A program made the translations under genes and the position numbers. The notes below the pieces were generated by a model. That model was given only the letters and a program-made list of their open reading frames with translations. It did not search any database and had not been told where the DNA came from. From Podarcis liolepis (lineage: Eukaryota): a DNA stretch of 64,000 nt. This document shows, one piece after another, positions 49,031 through 61,718 of this stretch. The stretch lies in NCBI GenBank assembly GCA_965112155.1, contig OZ218100.1. One strand, written 5' to 3'. Position 1 is the first letter of the stretch; every line of letters begins with the position of its first letter.

Positions 49031-50224
49031 ATCTGGAAGCACCCTCAATCGTAGGTATTTCAACCAATCAAAGAAAAACTTGGGTTTTTGTTCATGGTCC
49101 AGTTGCAGGAAAGGTAAAGGGGATCAGGTGTTTTTTTGTTGGTTTTTTTTTACAAGTGAATAGACAGCTTTACTGCTGGGCTTTGTTCATACATGTGGGG
49201 GAAAAACACTTCCACATTAGGTTATCCTCCCCAAAACCCAACCCACCAAAAACTGTTGGATTCCCTCTCCCCAAATTTCATTTGCGTTCTGCCCAATGCT
49301 GGGCATGGGCATAACCAAGTAAATAAAATAAAGTAAATAAAAATACTTAAATAACTGACCAGTCGCATTGTGGACAGCTTAGTTGTGCCCTCCTCCCAAC
49401 ATAAGGCTTGTCCCCCTGTAACATAAACCCTGGCCTCAGGGCGCATTCGACTTTGAGAATTTTTGGTTTTAAGCACTGGCAATACTAGGACTGAAAAGGT
49501 CTAAAGAGGTGATGAGAAGGAAAAGAAATGTCCACAACTCCAGGATTCTGTGTTACAAGTGATAGTTACTTAATAAAGTGGAAGTTACAAGCACTTTAAG
49601 AAACAATCGTTCTTAAATCCTGGTGCAATCATCACTTCCCTATCAGGGAGAACATATTTTTTCAGTCTTCCGAAAGTGTAACTATGGTACAAATAGAACG
49701 TGAAGGTATTATTTTACTTTAATTAAATCACTACCTTAAAAGAAGTTATTGAATAATTTTCCCACTGTTAATCAGAAATAATATTTGGGTTGCTCTTGAG
49801 GCCTTTTCTGAATTAGCAAAGGATAGCTGCACATGAAAAGGGAACTGAAATTCTGAGGTGTGCTTCAATTTTGCACAAGGAACTGCACAATCTCTTGCAA
49901 GTTCTTTACAGTGACTCCAGTACTGCTGCCAAGCTTCTTTCTTCTGGATCCTATCCTGTGAGCCTAACTTTCAGTTTTGCACACCACAATGAAAGGGTGT
50001 TGCAAAAGGTGCTTGATGAGCGAATAACTTCAAATAGCTCAGTCAAGCATTGCAAGATGTACAGCAGAGGAAGGCAAAAAGTAAGCCAAATCATATAATC
50101 TTATCGATTTCATTTTTTCATAATCTCTGGAAGCAACACAATATTGACAACTATCTTTCTGAATGACATAAAACTTTCCTCCCCCACCCATCCCAGTTCT
50201 GATAAAAGTTGATAAAAAAATCCA

Positions 50225-50227
<3 letters not shown>

Positions 50228-50264
<37 letters not shown>
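50228..50264. repeat. (AG)n microsatellite
   Basis: Direct read, about 18 units. Confidence 0.97.
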
Positions 50265-50268
<4 letters not shown>

Positions 50269-50939
50269 ATGTTGGCGGGAGGAAAGACAGATGGACAGGT
50301 CCTCTCAGTAGAGATGGAGAGATGCATTAGGGTGAATTCAAGAAGCGGGAAGATGGTGACAGTGGAAAGATGCTTAGGTTGTGCAAGTGGTAGAAAGAAT
50401 AAATTATCATCAGCATCTTTGATTTCTCAGGGCAGTTTACATAGATGATAGTTAAAAACACAAAACAGGTACATTTAGAAAAAGACTGAAACCCTAACAA
50501 GAGGACACTCATGGTAAAGACCCACTTGTCCAGCTGTGAAAGCCTGTTGGAACAAAAATGTCTTCACTTGTTTACAGAAAGTGCAGGAAGTGGGTGGTGG
50601 TAGCTTGTTGTATCTCAGCAGGAATGTCACCAAGTAGAAAATGTGGTACATAGGCTAGAGCAAGGATGGCAAAGCTGTGCCCTTCAGTTGTTATTGGGCT
50701 GCAGCTTCCATCATTCCTAACCATTTGCCATTCTGAGTGGGGCTGGTGGGAGTTCAAGTCCAACAATAATGTGTTGAAGGCTGCAGGTTTCCTTTTCTGG
50801 GCTGGAGGAACAAGTAGTTTACCAAGTGCCATCACAGAGAAAAAATCACAAGGGGAAGAAGGAGTTAATAATAAACTCAACCTACAAAAAGTAAAAGGAA
50901 ATGGGTATCACTTCTCCAGTCTTTCGTAGTGTATTTTTC

Positions 50940-51135
50940 TATTATCTTCTTGGCACCTGTTGAAGACCTTCCTTTCCCAACAATACTTTTAAGTGAAGAT
51001 CACTTAAAATAAAAAATAAAAATCCCAGTCTGTATCTGTGTTAGACTTGAAATTCTTTTTTACTGTTTTTTACATATTTTTACTGTTGAATTGCTTTGGG
51101 GTAATTCTATGAGAACCAACTCATAAGGGAAATAA
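50940..51135 (+). mobile_element. LINE (L2-like) 3' end remnant
   Basis: TTGAAGACCTTCCTTTCCCAACAA...TTTTAA followed by a T-rich UTR, resembling L2 termini. Confidence 0.4.
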
Positions 51136-54100
51136 TAACTATCAGCAGTAGAGCAAAGAGCTAAGGACAGGGAAGATTAGTAGGTGTGACTGCTGTTAGA
51201 AATGATGCAGTAGGAAAATGCAGAGCAGAAAAAAGGAAGACGATAAAACAAGAGAGGTAAAAATAGATTAAATCTGGGTCACAGTGGGATTCTAGTGGCA
51301 GCACAGGAACGAAGTGGGGCTGCTCTGTGGCAGTGGGAGTCCCCCCTCCCCCCCACTTCACCTTCCTCCCCTTTGGCAGTCTTTCCAGCCTGTGCATGTA
51401 AAAGAATTCATTTCAGAACCCTTCTAGTCCTTCTTTAAGGCAAATCCCCATCCTTATCCCTGTCCTAGCTTGAGCCAAGATTGTACACAGGAAGTTGCAA
51501 TGGTGGAAAATTTTCATGATCACTGCAAAGCAGGCTCTGTTCCAGTTACACCTTAGTTGTCACCCATTAACTGTTCTGCCTCACCCAGTCATTTATATAA
51601 GATGTCCACTTGTGGGTGCAGTAAAAGAAGAAAACTCAGTCAAAAGGAGACTCTGCTCCTTTTTGGAAATTAAGGAAGCTCTATTAGAAAAATAACTGGG
51701 TTGCCTCCGGACCATCAGTACTTTTTGCAATTCAAATTGCAAAAAGGAGGAATTCAACTGTATACCACAAGGTTAGATTTGAGCAAATAAAGTGGATCAG
51801 AGTGTTCTGGCACATCAAATCCACCTTTATTTAAAGGACTTTTTGCAGTTAAGCAAGTGACAAGGAAATGCAAAGTGTGGGATAGAAGACTGATCAACAG
51901 GGAGCCATATAACCATAGTGGCAAGAAAATCAGAACGAATGCTCATTGGCATATAGCCTCCCCACAAATCAGAACAAATGCTCGATAAAGACTGTACATG
52001 GTATAACTTCCATGTAAGCTTTGTGCAAGCAGATCAGGCTATGCAAGCTCAATAAACATGTCATCTGGAGGAACTAAGGATCAGGGAAAAAATTGATCTC
52101 TCATTGGCTGTGATGTCTGGGGTTGGTGGGTATTGGAGTCCAACAAGAACTGGAAGGGTAGAGGTTCCCCCCTCCTGAGACAGACAGTGGTGTGTGGGAC
52201 ACGATTTACAGAGCAGAAGAGGTGTTTGGGCAGAGGGTGCTGAACCACTTTGTGCCCCAACACAACCTGTCTTCTGATGTCACTTTTCCATCAGCCAGGC
52301 ATGGATAATGATACTGAACCTACTTGAGAGACAATACTGCGATTTAAGTGAGGGGGGGGGTTTACTTAAGCCAAGGGTCATTAGCCTTTGTAGTAACATT
52401 GTTTAGTTATTTCACCACATCTGTACCATTCGTACCAACGTTATCCAAGGCCAAAAAAATCTTATACCTAGGAGTATGTCCCATTGAACTTGGGGGAAGG
52501 GGGAATTGCTTCTGAGAAGGCAGTGCACACACAAGGAAAATAAGATATTTAAGGCCCTAGAAATATGTATTGCCTTATTTCTCAGTGCTGGGAACATACA
52601 AACTCCAACAAAACTGGGACAGGGCAGATTAGATTCCCATAGGAGCACAGGCAGAAGGATCAACTTCAAGACTGAGCCCACAGTGGAGTCTGGAAGAAGC
52701 AGGTCTAGCAGTAATCCTGAGCAAGTATCAAGAGCAAGAGACTGACAAGCAAAGGCAGTGTAATTCAAAAGGTCAATAATAGTAATCAGGAAGTAATGGT
52801 GACCAGAGATATATATATTTCAGGACCCTGGACAGGACCCTGAGATAAGACAACTCCAACATGTGCTGTGTAGGAACTGAGCTGTTCTATTGGCCCTGAC
52901 TACCTTTCCCAGGACTCCTACAGGTTCAGCCCTCTGTCCTGGAGTCTGATACACTGCCGTCTCTCCATTCCTTTTAATTGAGCACACTACCTTTTGTGGT
53001 GAACATTCTCAGTGGCATTTGAGGCCCTTAAAGGCAATGGTTCTGGCTTCATGATGGGGTCCAGCTTGGAAGCTGCAGTGACTGGTGGTCCTAGCTCAGG
53101 GGTCTCCAGTCCAAGCATGTCTGATTCTGAAGGTCTCTGCTTACTGGACTTGGTCTAGCACCTGTGGGTTGTGCTACTGCCTCTTCTGACCCTCCTGATT
53201 TATCCCCCCTCAAAATCAGTGTCCACGTTGGTGCTGGCCATCTAGATGATGATGGCAGGCACCTCTGCGCACTCAGGAACCTTGCCTTTGCATGTTTCCT
53301 TACTGCACGGTGAGCTTCCTACTCATTTACACTTGTAGGCATACACTTGTTTCAGATGTTGAAACAAATAGCCATAAGTCAGAGACAGCCTGTTGCTGAG
53401 GTGCTTCCCTACCCCTACTTAAAGGCCAACCTTATCCCACTGATGGCTTTATATTGGTTTTAGTTGTTATCTCTATGCTGGATTTTCCATGTTGTTGTTT
53501 TTTGCTGGAATGGGCTGAAACATCTAGAGGGTACCAGGTTGGCAAAAGCTGTAAATAATAGTTGAATAGTTTTGGCGTCTTCTCATGGGAACACTAGCTG
53601 GAATGGGACAATTTAAGTACATCAAATTAGAATTAACTGAAGAAAAGCATCCTTATGGTGGGGCCATCCATGGAACTCATGGTTTTTCTAGAAACCAGAG
53701 ACAAAGTTGAAAACAGCTGCAAAATAAAAATCTTTCAGGGCAAAATTGTGTTGGGTGGTGATGTTTTTTAATATGTCACTATCAGGAAAGAAAAAGGCAA
53801 GGCCACAGTCATGATACATTGTTGTCAGTATAATTTGTTTCAAACTCAATATTGAAAGGAAACCAAAAGCAAAATTAGGAAGTATTGTACAGGCAGCTCC
53901 CATTTTGTGCACGTTCAATGTATCTACAATTGTGCATGTGCGCACAGTGTTTGGCACCAGAAAAGGGGAAGGGCGGGACAGGCTTGCGCCAACAACACTT
54001 GGAGGGCCACAGGTTTCCCATCCCTGCCCTAAGAAAATAAAAGTAGCTTTATTATATTAGGAATTGGAAAGTAGGTACCCTGTCTCCACCCATTACCTGA

Positions 54101-55499
54101 TCCAGTGTGAACAATCCCTTTTCCAGGGTCTGCGAGAACTTTCCAAAAGCAATGTCCTGATTTCAATACATCAGTATCAGCACCACATTGGGTCTTGCCC
54201 ACCCCCCGCCCACTCCAACAAAACATTCCCATTTCATGAAGGAATGCTTCTTCTTATCAGTAAAAACAGCCTCCCCGCTGGAAGCCAAATCCTGATCTAC
54301 CCTTAGTCTTCATGCATCATATTACGATGTACATATTTGGTTGATGATTTACAAATGTAAGCTTCCTAATTTTCTTTTGACGGGCCAGGCATATTTAGCA
54401 AGTCCCATACATGAGGTATGGGTGTGGGTGTGAAACAAGTCTGCTAGAATTGTTTTAACCAGTACTTTATTCTGTGGAATATATAAGATTCTCATCTCTC
54501 TGTTTTTATTTGTTTTCTTGCTCTGGACTGTTACTAGACAACCTATCTGTAATTTTTGATGTGCTCTTAGGTCCAGTTTGCCCAGCCTCCTGCAGAGCAT
54601 GGGAGAAAGTACAAGCTGTCCCCTCCTGTGTCTAGTTTCTCTGCCCAGACTATATCAGGTGCATGTCATTCCAATATGCAACCAGTTAATAGAATCTTTC
54701 AGAACTCCTGGAATAAACACAGGGCACCTGATGAGTCCTTTATGTCTTGCCAATTGGCTGTTGGGCCAACAATTACTGCTTTCTTTCACAGACTTCTGTA
54801 GCTTTCCATTTCTTTTCTGTGCTCCCACATGCCATGGAAAACAATTTGAAATGGAAATTAGCGTGATTGAGATCGATGTCAGCTGAAGCATACACAAAAG
54901 TATGATTATTGGAAAGCATGAACCGGATCAGGCAATTTAAGCATCAATATATCTTCCAACATTTCAGAAGAGAACATAAGGACAGCGATTTATGTCCTTG
55001 AAGGCCTGTCCTAGGCCAGGTGGTTGTGGTGTATGTGTTTGAAAAGCAAATATTAAGCAAATAATCACTAAATTATAATACACACCCTTTTGACATCATA
55101 GATCACTGCCTGACAGTGCAATATTAAACCTGCCTACCCAGAAGTAAGTCCTGTTGAATTCAATGAGGCTACTTCCAGGTAAGCAGCATTAGAACTGCAC
55201 CCTAAGTGTCTTTGCCACACACGTTTCTGAAGGCTTTGCTCCACTCGCTTACACTGTATTAATCTATTTGGCAGTAAAAATTAGCAAATGTCACTTTTCT
55301 TTAGTATCTGTGGCAATTTATCAATTTAATCATTCAGCTGCGAATGGTATCTCCTTTACCTATTTAGATACCAGCCCTGAAAGCATTTCATAGGCTTGGA
55401 TCTGAATATAATTTATGGGAGTTAATAGAAGAAAAGTTATTCCGCTGTGTAGGCCCCTGAAAAGCCTCTTCGGAGTGTCAGGGGTCCTTCCACTGCGAG

Positions 55500-55693
55500 A
55501 TGATGGCTATGGCCTGTCCCCAAAGCCAGAGGTGTTACTGCTTCTGAATACCAGTTGCTAGAAGCCACAGGAGGTGAGAATGCTCTCCTGCTCAGACCTT
55601 GCTTGCCAGTTTTCCACAGGCATCTGGCTGGCCATTGTGACAACAGGATGCTGGACTAGATGGCCCATTGGCCTGAAACAGCAGGCTCTTCTT
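55500..55693 (+). mobile_element. CR1 3' UTR fragment
   Basis: CTTCTGAATACCAGTTGC...CAGGATGCTGGACTAGATGGCCC...GCAGGCTCTTCTT, shared with the other CR1 copies. Confidence 0.65.
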
Positions 55694-56973
55694 GTGTGAT
55701 CACATGTTCAAGAGGTTGCTACGGGAGGGGGCTATTGACCCTGACATCAGGCAGAGTTCTTCATATAGGTCAATTCCCTCTACCACAAAACCCTCTAGCC
55801 CACCCCACACTGTTCAGGTTGTGCCCCCCTGGCCTTCTGGAGAGGCTTTCCATGGGATGCAGAGGGGACTTTCCTTCCACAAACTTCCTTAAATTAACTT
55901 ATCTTAGGATATAAACTATTAACACAAATACTGATACTGCAGTAATAGTTTTGAAACTGAACCTCTTGGCCTTCCTAAATCAGTGGGGTTACATTGCTTT
56001 AAAAATGTTAGATTCTCCCCACCAACAACACGCTCAACTCTATTAATTACAATCATTTTCACAGCTTATGCTGAAATAATATGTAAAACTGGTTTTTAAA
56101 ATTAAGAGACTTATGGCTATCTTACTTAGCATATGTCTTAGATAACAGTTTTTGTAATGAAAACTACAATGTCACAGTCTCTGATCTAATCTGCACAAGC
56201 ACTTACCCTGCTCGCCCACAGTAAAATGTTGAACTGGGCAACTGGCAGTTAATATTAGAAATACTGAACAGATAAAAATATATGGACCATCAGTATCCCT
56301 TCCGATTTCCAACAATTGTATGTTTTCTACTTATTATATCAGCCCAAGAAAAATAACGCATCTTCATTGTAGAAATAAGCAGATCAGGAATCTAGAGGGA
56401 ATTTTATAACTTTCCCTATTTTTCCACAACAGTTTGCCATCTGATTTGACTGATTTCCCCTTCAAAACACTAATACAATATAAGTAAATATTAATAATTA
56501 TAATGGGCATATACATATAAAGTTGAATGCATGACACTCAAAGAAGATTATCATGGCAGTTTTAAACAACATACCTCTTTATGTGTTGGGTATGTATTCA
56601 AAATTTGAAACTGAAAAACATTAGAATCTGTCTGTAATATCTTGTAAAATATCTATATATCTAGTCACAGTCCTTCAGTAGCATCAATACGTTGATTAAA
56701 ATATTGATTAATAAATGCCAGTTAAACTCCTCCTGCTTCTCCTCCATAAAGCTAGAAAGCCATAGTAAATTGAATTTTCATTTGTTCATCTGGTATGTTG
56801 AGTTGTAAAAATGCACAACACTAAATGAAAAGGGAGCAACACAAAGCATTAAAAGCAAAGAACAGAAGATCTCTTGTACAAATGTGAGGCAGCTAGTTTG
56901 ACCCATTAAGGCCGCTTTGTTCATCTGAAATACTGCATCATCTCTCACCCTGAAGATTGACAATTCAACTCAC

Positions 56974-57095
56974 CTGCCTTTCTTGTAGACTTCATGAATT
57001 TCTTTCCCTTGCCAGTGAGCTCTGCATTCTGTGGACAAAACCCATGCCCAAAACAGCAAGAAAATGCTAAACTGCATTTTATGAACAGTCAACAT
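56974..57095 (-). CDS. GABRR1: GABRR1 (GABA-A receptor subunit rho1) coding exon 1 of 10, signal peptide
   Basis: MLTVHKMQFSIFLLFWAWVLSTECRAHWQGKEIHEVYKKG, similar to the rho1 N-terminus. Donor AG|gtgagt; 122 nt. Confidence 0.93.
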
Positions 57096-58650
57096 GATAT
57101 CCTCTGGTCTTATGTCCGGAAATAGTCCACAAAAGAAGAAAACCAAAATGAAGATCCTTTTTCTCTTTTTAAGACATTATCAGTCTGTTCATTATTGAAA
57201 GGATGTTTACTCATACGAAAAATCATCCCACAGTATTTAATCTGGACAGTGGGGAAAGCAATTTCCACTAAACCTATAAATCCCTCTACGTCAGATGGCA
57301 GGGATTTTCAAACAGTGTAGAATTCATGGATCTGCACAGAACAATTATTCTTTTTCGCTTGAAACAGGCTATTGTACAAATTGGTTTAAAGTGAAGCATT
57401 TCAGGTATTTTAGAAAATGATATTTGTCATTCCCCTCTTGGAAAGCCAGGATTGTCCGGCTGTTCAGAGGCTGTCTAGCATAGCAGTTTAAACAGAAGGG
57501 AGGGTAACAGGAGCACCTGTTGAGATGTCTTTGTGTACTGATTTTAACTAGCAGCCATTCTGGGGTGCATCATATACCAGCACTTCATTTTCGCTGCTTT
57601 ACTGTATGCATGAAATATACTATTTTGCTCTGGTAGCACTCCGTCCTTGTTGTGTATGGAGATGCCATTATTGATGTGCTTCAAGGAACGTGCAGGGCTT
57701 GTGGCTTATGCGTTATTGCTGACTGTGTGCCAGGGTGCCTGGATATAGGAAGCATCCAATTATAAGGTGATAAAAGGTCTGCACAGAGTGAATTTCAAAT
57801 CATCTCCAGAGCTGGATATTTATAAGCTAATCGTAGCTTATTATTCTCATCTCAACAAAGTAGGAAATCTAATAGGAAAAGAAAGTGATAAAGAGTTTTC
57901 ACAGGCTCGGGTAGTATTGTTGCCAGTATTTGGCAGTTCATGAAAAGGGTATGGATGCTAACAAAGGATTTAGAAAACTCAGCACTATTTGGGTGGGGAT
58001 TCCCTCCCTGCTGTCAGTGCTGCCCATTCACTTGCCCCTCTCCATTTGAGCCCAGTTCATGCACTGTCCAGAGGAAACAGGCATGGCAAGAAGATGGTGC
58101 TGCTGCATTTCCTTGTTCCTGCTGCTGCTCACTTTGTTAAAGGGGACAGGTGAACAGACAATAACAGTAAGGAGGAGCATCAGCAGAGGCAGTGGGATCC
58201 AGGGGTTGGGAATGGGCCTCCTCCTGGGGTGTGAACCTTGGCCCATGCCCAACAATGCTGACCTCTGATGCTAACCCCAAGATAGCTGAACCCGTTGTTC
58301 CCTTCCCAATAAGTCACAGAAAATTCCAAACCCCGGAGATGGAATACGCAGTGGAGCGGAGATCAGCATCCCAAACCTTACTGGTTGCATTTGCCATGGT
58401 GGAAAAGGGTGTTTGCAGCAACTCCAGACTGTCGCAGTTGAAGGGCCCAGGTCAGTAGCAGCTTGCCTTCAAGGTGCCAGATTTTGGAAAGACTTTAAAG
58501 GGCCAACAATATCATATTAGTATTGCAAAGGCTGACACATTGTGTTATTAGAGAAACTGAGCCTCAAACATCACAGTTTGCATGGTCTTACAAATACAAA
58601 CAACTATGCAGCAATGTAATTTGACTTCATTACACACCTTCCCCCCTCTT

Positions 58651-58842
58651 TTGTTGTTGTTGCTTGCATTTATATCCTACCCTTTCCTCCAAGAAACCCA
58701 AGGTGCCATACACGATTATTCCTTCTTCATTTAATCCCCACAACAACCTGGAAGGTAGGTTCAGCTGAGAGCCAGTGACTGGCCCAAGGTTACCTAATGA
58801 GCTTCATAGTTGAGTGGGGATTTGAACCCTGGTCTTCCAGAT
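58651..58842 (-). mobile_element. MIR/Squam3A-like SINE
   Basis: Reverse-strand core CCCACAACAACC, GGCCCAAGGTTACC and B-box GGATTTGAACCC. Confidence 0.7.
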
Positions 58843-59164
58843 CAGATTGTTAAGAAGAACAATTGCATTGCACCTCGACACAATATAATAAGATATGGAG
58901 TGTTTAGCCCTACCATCAGATAACAGGTGGCAGTTACCCTAGAGGAAGACGACGTTTCATCTATTTATTTCTGATATTTATTATTATTATTTTTTAAATC
59001 TATGTATTTGTGCAACAGTTCAGTGGATCAGTCATCCATTTTCATGGTGGTTTCTGAATGAACACAACCATCTGATTACTGATATCACTGCCAGTCTTTC
59101 ACCTTGGCTTTGGTACCATAGTTTCAATTGGTGATATTGAATTTCCAGGTACTGCTGCTGCATC

Positions 59165-59425
59165 TGATGATTGTTGCACCAATATGCAGATGACACCCAA
59201 CTCTCTCTCTGTTCCATCTGGACCAGGAGAGGCAATTGAGGTGATAGGCTGGTACCCAGAGGCACTGATGGACTGGATGTGGGACAATAAATTGAAGCTG
59301 AATCCTGAAAAGACAGAGGTGTCATGGGTCCCAAGTTATTGAGTCCAAGAAGTGAGGAAATGTCCTGCCCTGGGTGGGCTTGCACTTCCCTGTAAGGAGC
59401 AGGTCCACAGCCCCGGGGATGCTCA
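59165..59425 (+). mobile_element. L2/CR1-group LINE reverse transcriptase fragment (decayed)
   Basis: Translates CHQYADDTQL (RT YADD motif) and, after frameshift, DWMWDNKLKLNPEKTEV. Confidence 0.8.
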
Positions 59426-59569
59426 AGTGTTCAACCTTAACTGGAGCCTTGTGTGTGTGTATATATGTGCATGTGATGTTTCAAATGGCTCGTGGAAAGT
59501 GATTCATAAATGAAATTTAAAAAAAAATGACAGAAATGAATAAGATTATACATGATGTAGGTAAAGAGA

Positions 59570-60100
59570 AAGAGAGATTTTCTCCCACTCTTGACATAAT
59601 ACTAAAACTTATGGACATATGGTGAAGCTGAATGGGAGATTCAGTACAGATAAAAGAAAACACTTTTTCACAAAGTTCATATTTAAACAATCGAATTTGC
59701 TCCAAAAAGAAATAATGGGACTTGAATGGTTTTTAAAGGGACTTATACAAATTCATGAAGGGAAAGACTGCTAGTTATGATGACATTGTTCTATCTCATG
59801 TTATAAAGTGTGTAGCCTGCAATTCTCACATGAACTCTGGAGTGCTTCCAGGTTTCATGCCGAGTGTCAGGTTAGCCTGTGAGAATTGCAGGCTTGTGTG
59901 CAAACTGCACACTTCTTAACACTCCACTGTTGGAGGCAGTATACCTCTGAATACCAGTCTCTGTGAATTACAGATGGAGAGAGTGCTGTTGTGCTCAGGT
60001 CCTGTTTGCAGGCTTCCCATAGGCATCTGGTTGACCAATGGGATGCTGGACTAGATGGGCCTATGGTCTGATCCAGCAGGGCTCTTCTTATGTTCTCATG
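59570..60100 (+). mobile_element. CR1 LINE 3' fragment (interrupted by a palindromic insert)
   Basis: Degenerate ORF2 end GH..KL..RFSTDKRKHFFT, 3' UTR GGATGCTGGACTAGATGGGCC, TTCTTATGTTCTCATG tail. Same UTR at 28730-28985 and 55500-55693. Confidence 0.75.
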
Positions 60101-60104
60101 ACAA

Positions 60105-60239
60105 GCTGACTCACTCAGCAGAGCATGAGACTCAGGGTCGTGGGCTCGATCCCCACGTTGTGCAAAAAGATTCCCATATTGCAGGGGATTGGAAGAAAGG
60201 ACCCTCATGGTCCCTTCCAACTCGACAATTCTATGAGTC
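60105..60239 (+). mobile_element. Short tRNA-derived SINE with CR1 3' tail
   Basis: tRNA(Lys)-like head GAGCATGAGACTCAGGGTCGTGGGCTCGATCCCCACGTTG, followed by CR1 tail GGTCCCTTCCAACTC...ATTCTATGA. Confidence 0.7.
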
Positions 60240-61188
60240 ACTCCCTTGTTTTCTTTCTTGCATAGATTGTTAATTCCCTCCGGTTCTTTAGACATGTACT
60301 ATATTGCTCTGTCCCCCACATGTTAGCAATTTGAAGAGCAGTTTAGTTATAAAAGAACTACCGTAATTAAGGTCTCGAGACAGACCTCATGCAGGCAGGA
60401 AGAGAGAGGGGTATTCTGTGGGCATTGGCAGATGTGCAGTTGAACCCCATTGGGGCCTGGATTTACTGAAAAGCAGCCTTCTGAACAAGCTGCAAGTGAG
60501 AGAGAAGCCCAGTAGTAAGCCCTCCTACGAGGGAATTACAGTACATTGAGTCTCGTAATCTTAAAGGCATGCATGGCTGATGTGTACTTGGCATGAAATA
60601 TTCCTCTCCCCTCCTGCCTTTATTTTATACATAAAGGCAAGAACTTCCATACAGACAAGCCATAACAGAAGAGGAAGGAAATCCAATGTCAAGTACTTCT
60701 TATACCATAAGAATCACAACCAGATTGTTATAAATTTCACAATGAAAATGCTTCTACTACCTGAACATCTATTTCAGCCCCACAGTATTAAGTCCCCAAG
60801 CTGGGTACCTCCTGGGAAAACCCCCCTCATAAGGCTCTATCTCCTTTCCCTGAAATGGACAATATATTTTAACATGTCACTGTTGAAATAGTCCACATTT
60901 TACATAAGTTACTATTCTTCCATTTCTAGGCTCCAGGAAAATTTAATTGGAATCAGCAGTCTCTAGATTCATTCTATTTGTGCCTTACTACCTATGTCAG
61001 GGATGGGGAATCTCCTACACTTCACAGGTTGCTTTTGGACACCTGTTTGCATCATCCCTGATGCACTGGCCATGCTAGCTGGGGTGGATGGAAGCTGGAG
61101 TCCAACAACCTCCAGAGGGCCACAGATTCCCCACCTCTGTGCTAGGACTTCCATATATCCCTGTAATAATACTGTACAGTAGTGCAGC

Positions 61189-61235
61189 TTGTTTGTTTGT
61201 TTGTTTGTTTGTTTGTTTGTTTGTTTGTTTGTTTG
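61189..61235. repeat. (TTTG)n microsatellite
   Basis: Direct read, about 11-12 units. Confidence 0.97.
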
Positions 61236-61676
61236 ATACAGTAGTACAGTGATAAAACTCTTTCCTGTTATATTTCACATCACTTCAGCTACCTGGTTCT
61301 AATTAATCTAAGTTGCTGAAGGAGAAAAACGGCATTATTGGCTCCACATCTTGAGTGAAATGCCATGGGATGCTCAGGTGAAAAGCGATACATATTTTAT
61401 AGCCCTAGAAATAAATAAATTCAGTAAAACAACCAGCAGATGGCATTTTTGTAGAAAGAAAATGGCTGAGAGTCTTAACCTAGGATAAGAATATGATGCA
61501 AGCTATCATTTTGAAAATGCTGTGGTATTGTCTCGTTCTGTACTCAACCTTAGCTCCCAGCCCTGGACAGAATAATATTATAGGGACAAAAGCTTACAAG
61601 GTCAGGAACAATCAAAGCGCTTGAAATGAGGGATGCTATAACAGAGCTGATTCATTTGTTGTCCCACATGGAAATA

Positions 61677-61718
61677 CAGTGGTGCCCTGCAAGAAGAATG
61701 TCTTGCGAGGCACCACTG
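61677..61718. mobile_element. Minimal TIR-only Tc1/mariner MITE (42 bp)
   Basis: TA|CAGTGGTGCCCTGCAAGA-AGAATG-TCTTGCGAGGCACCACTG|TA. Confidence 0.75.

Noticed and set aside
54727-54760. CTGATGAGTCC as a second hammerhead core (also CTGAAGAGCA near 5808)
   Set aside because: No closing stem II followed by GAAA, and no stem I partner.
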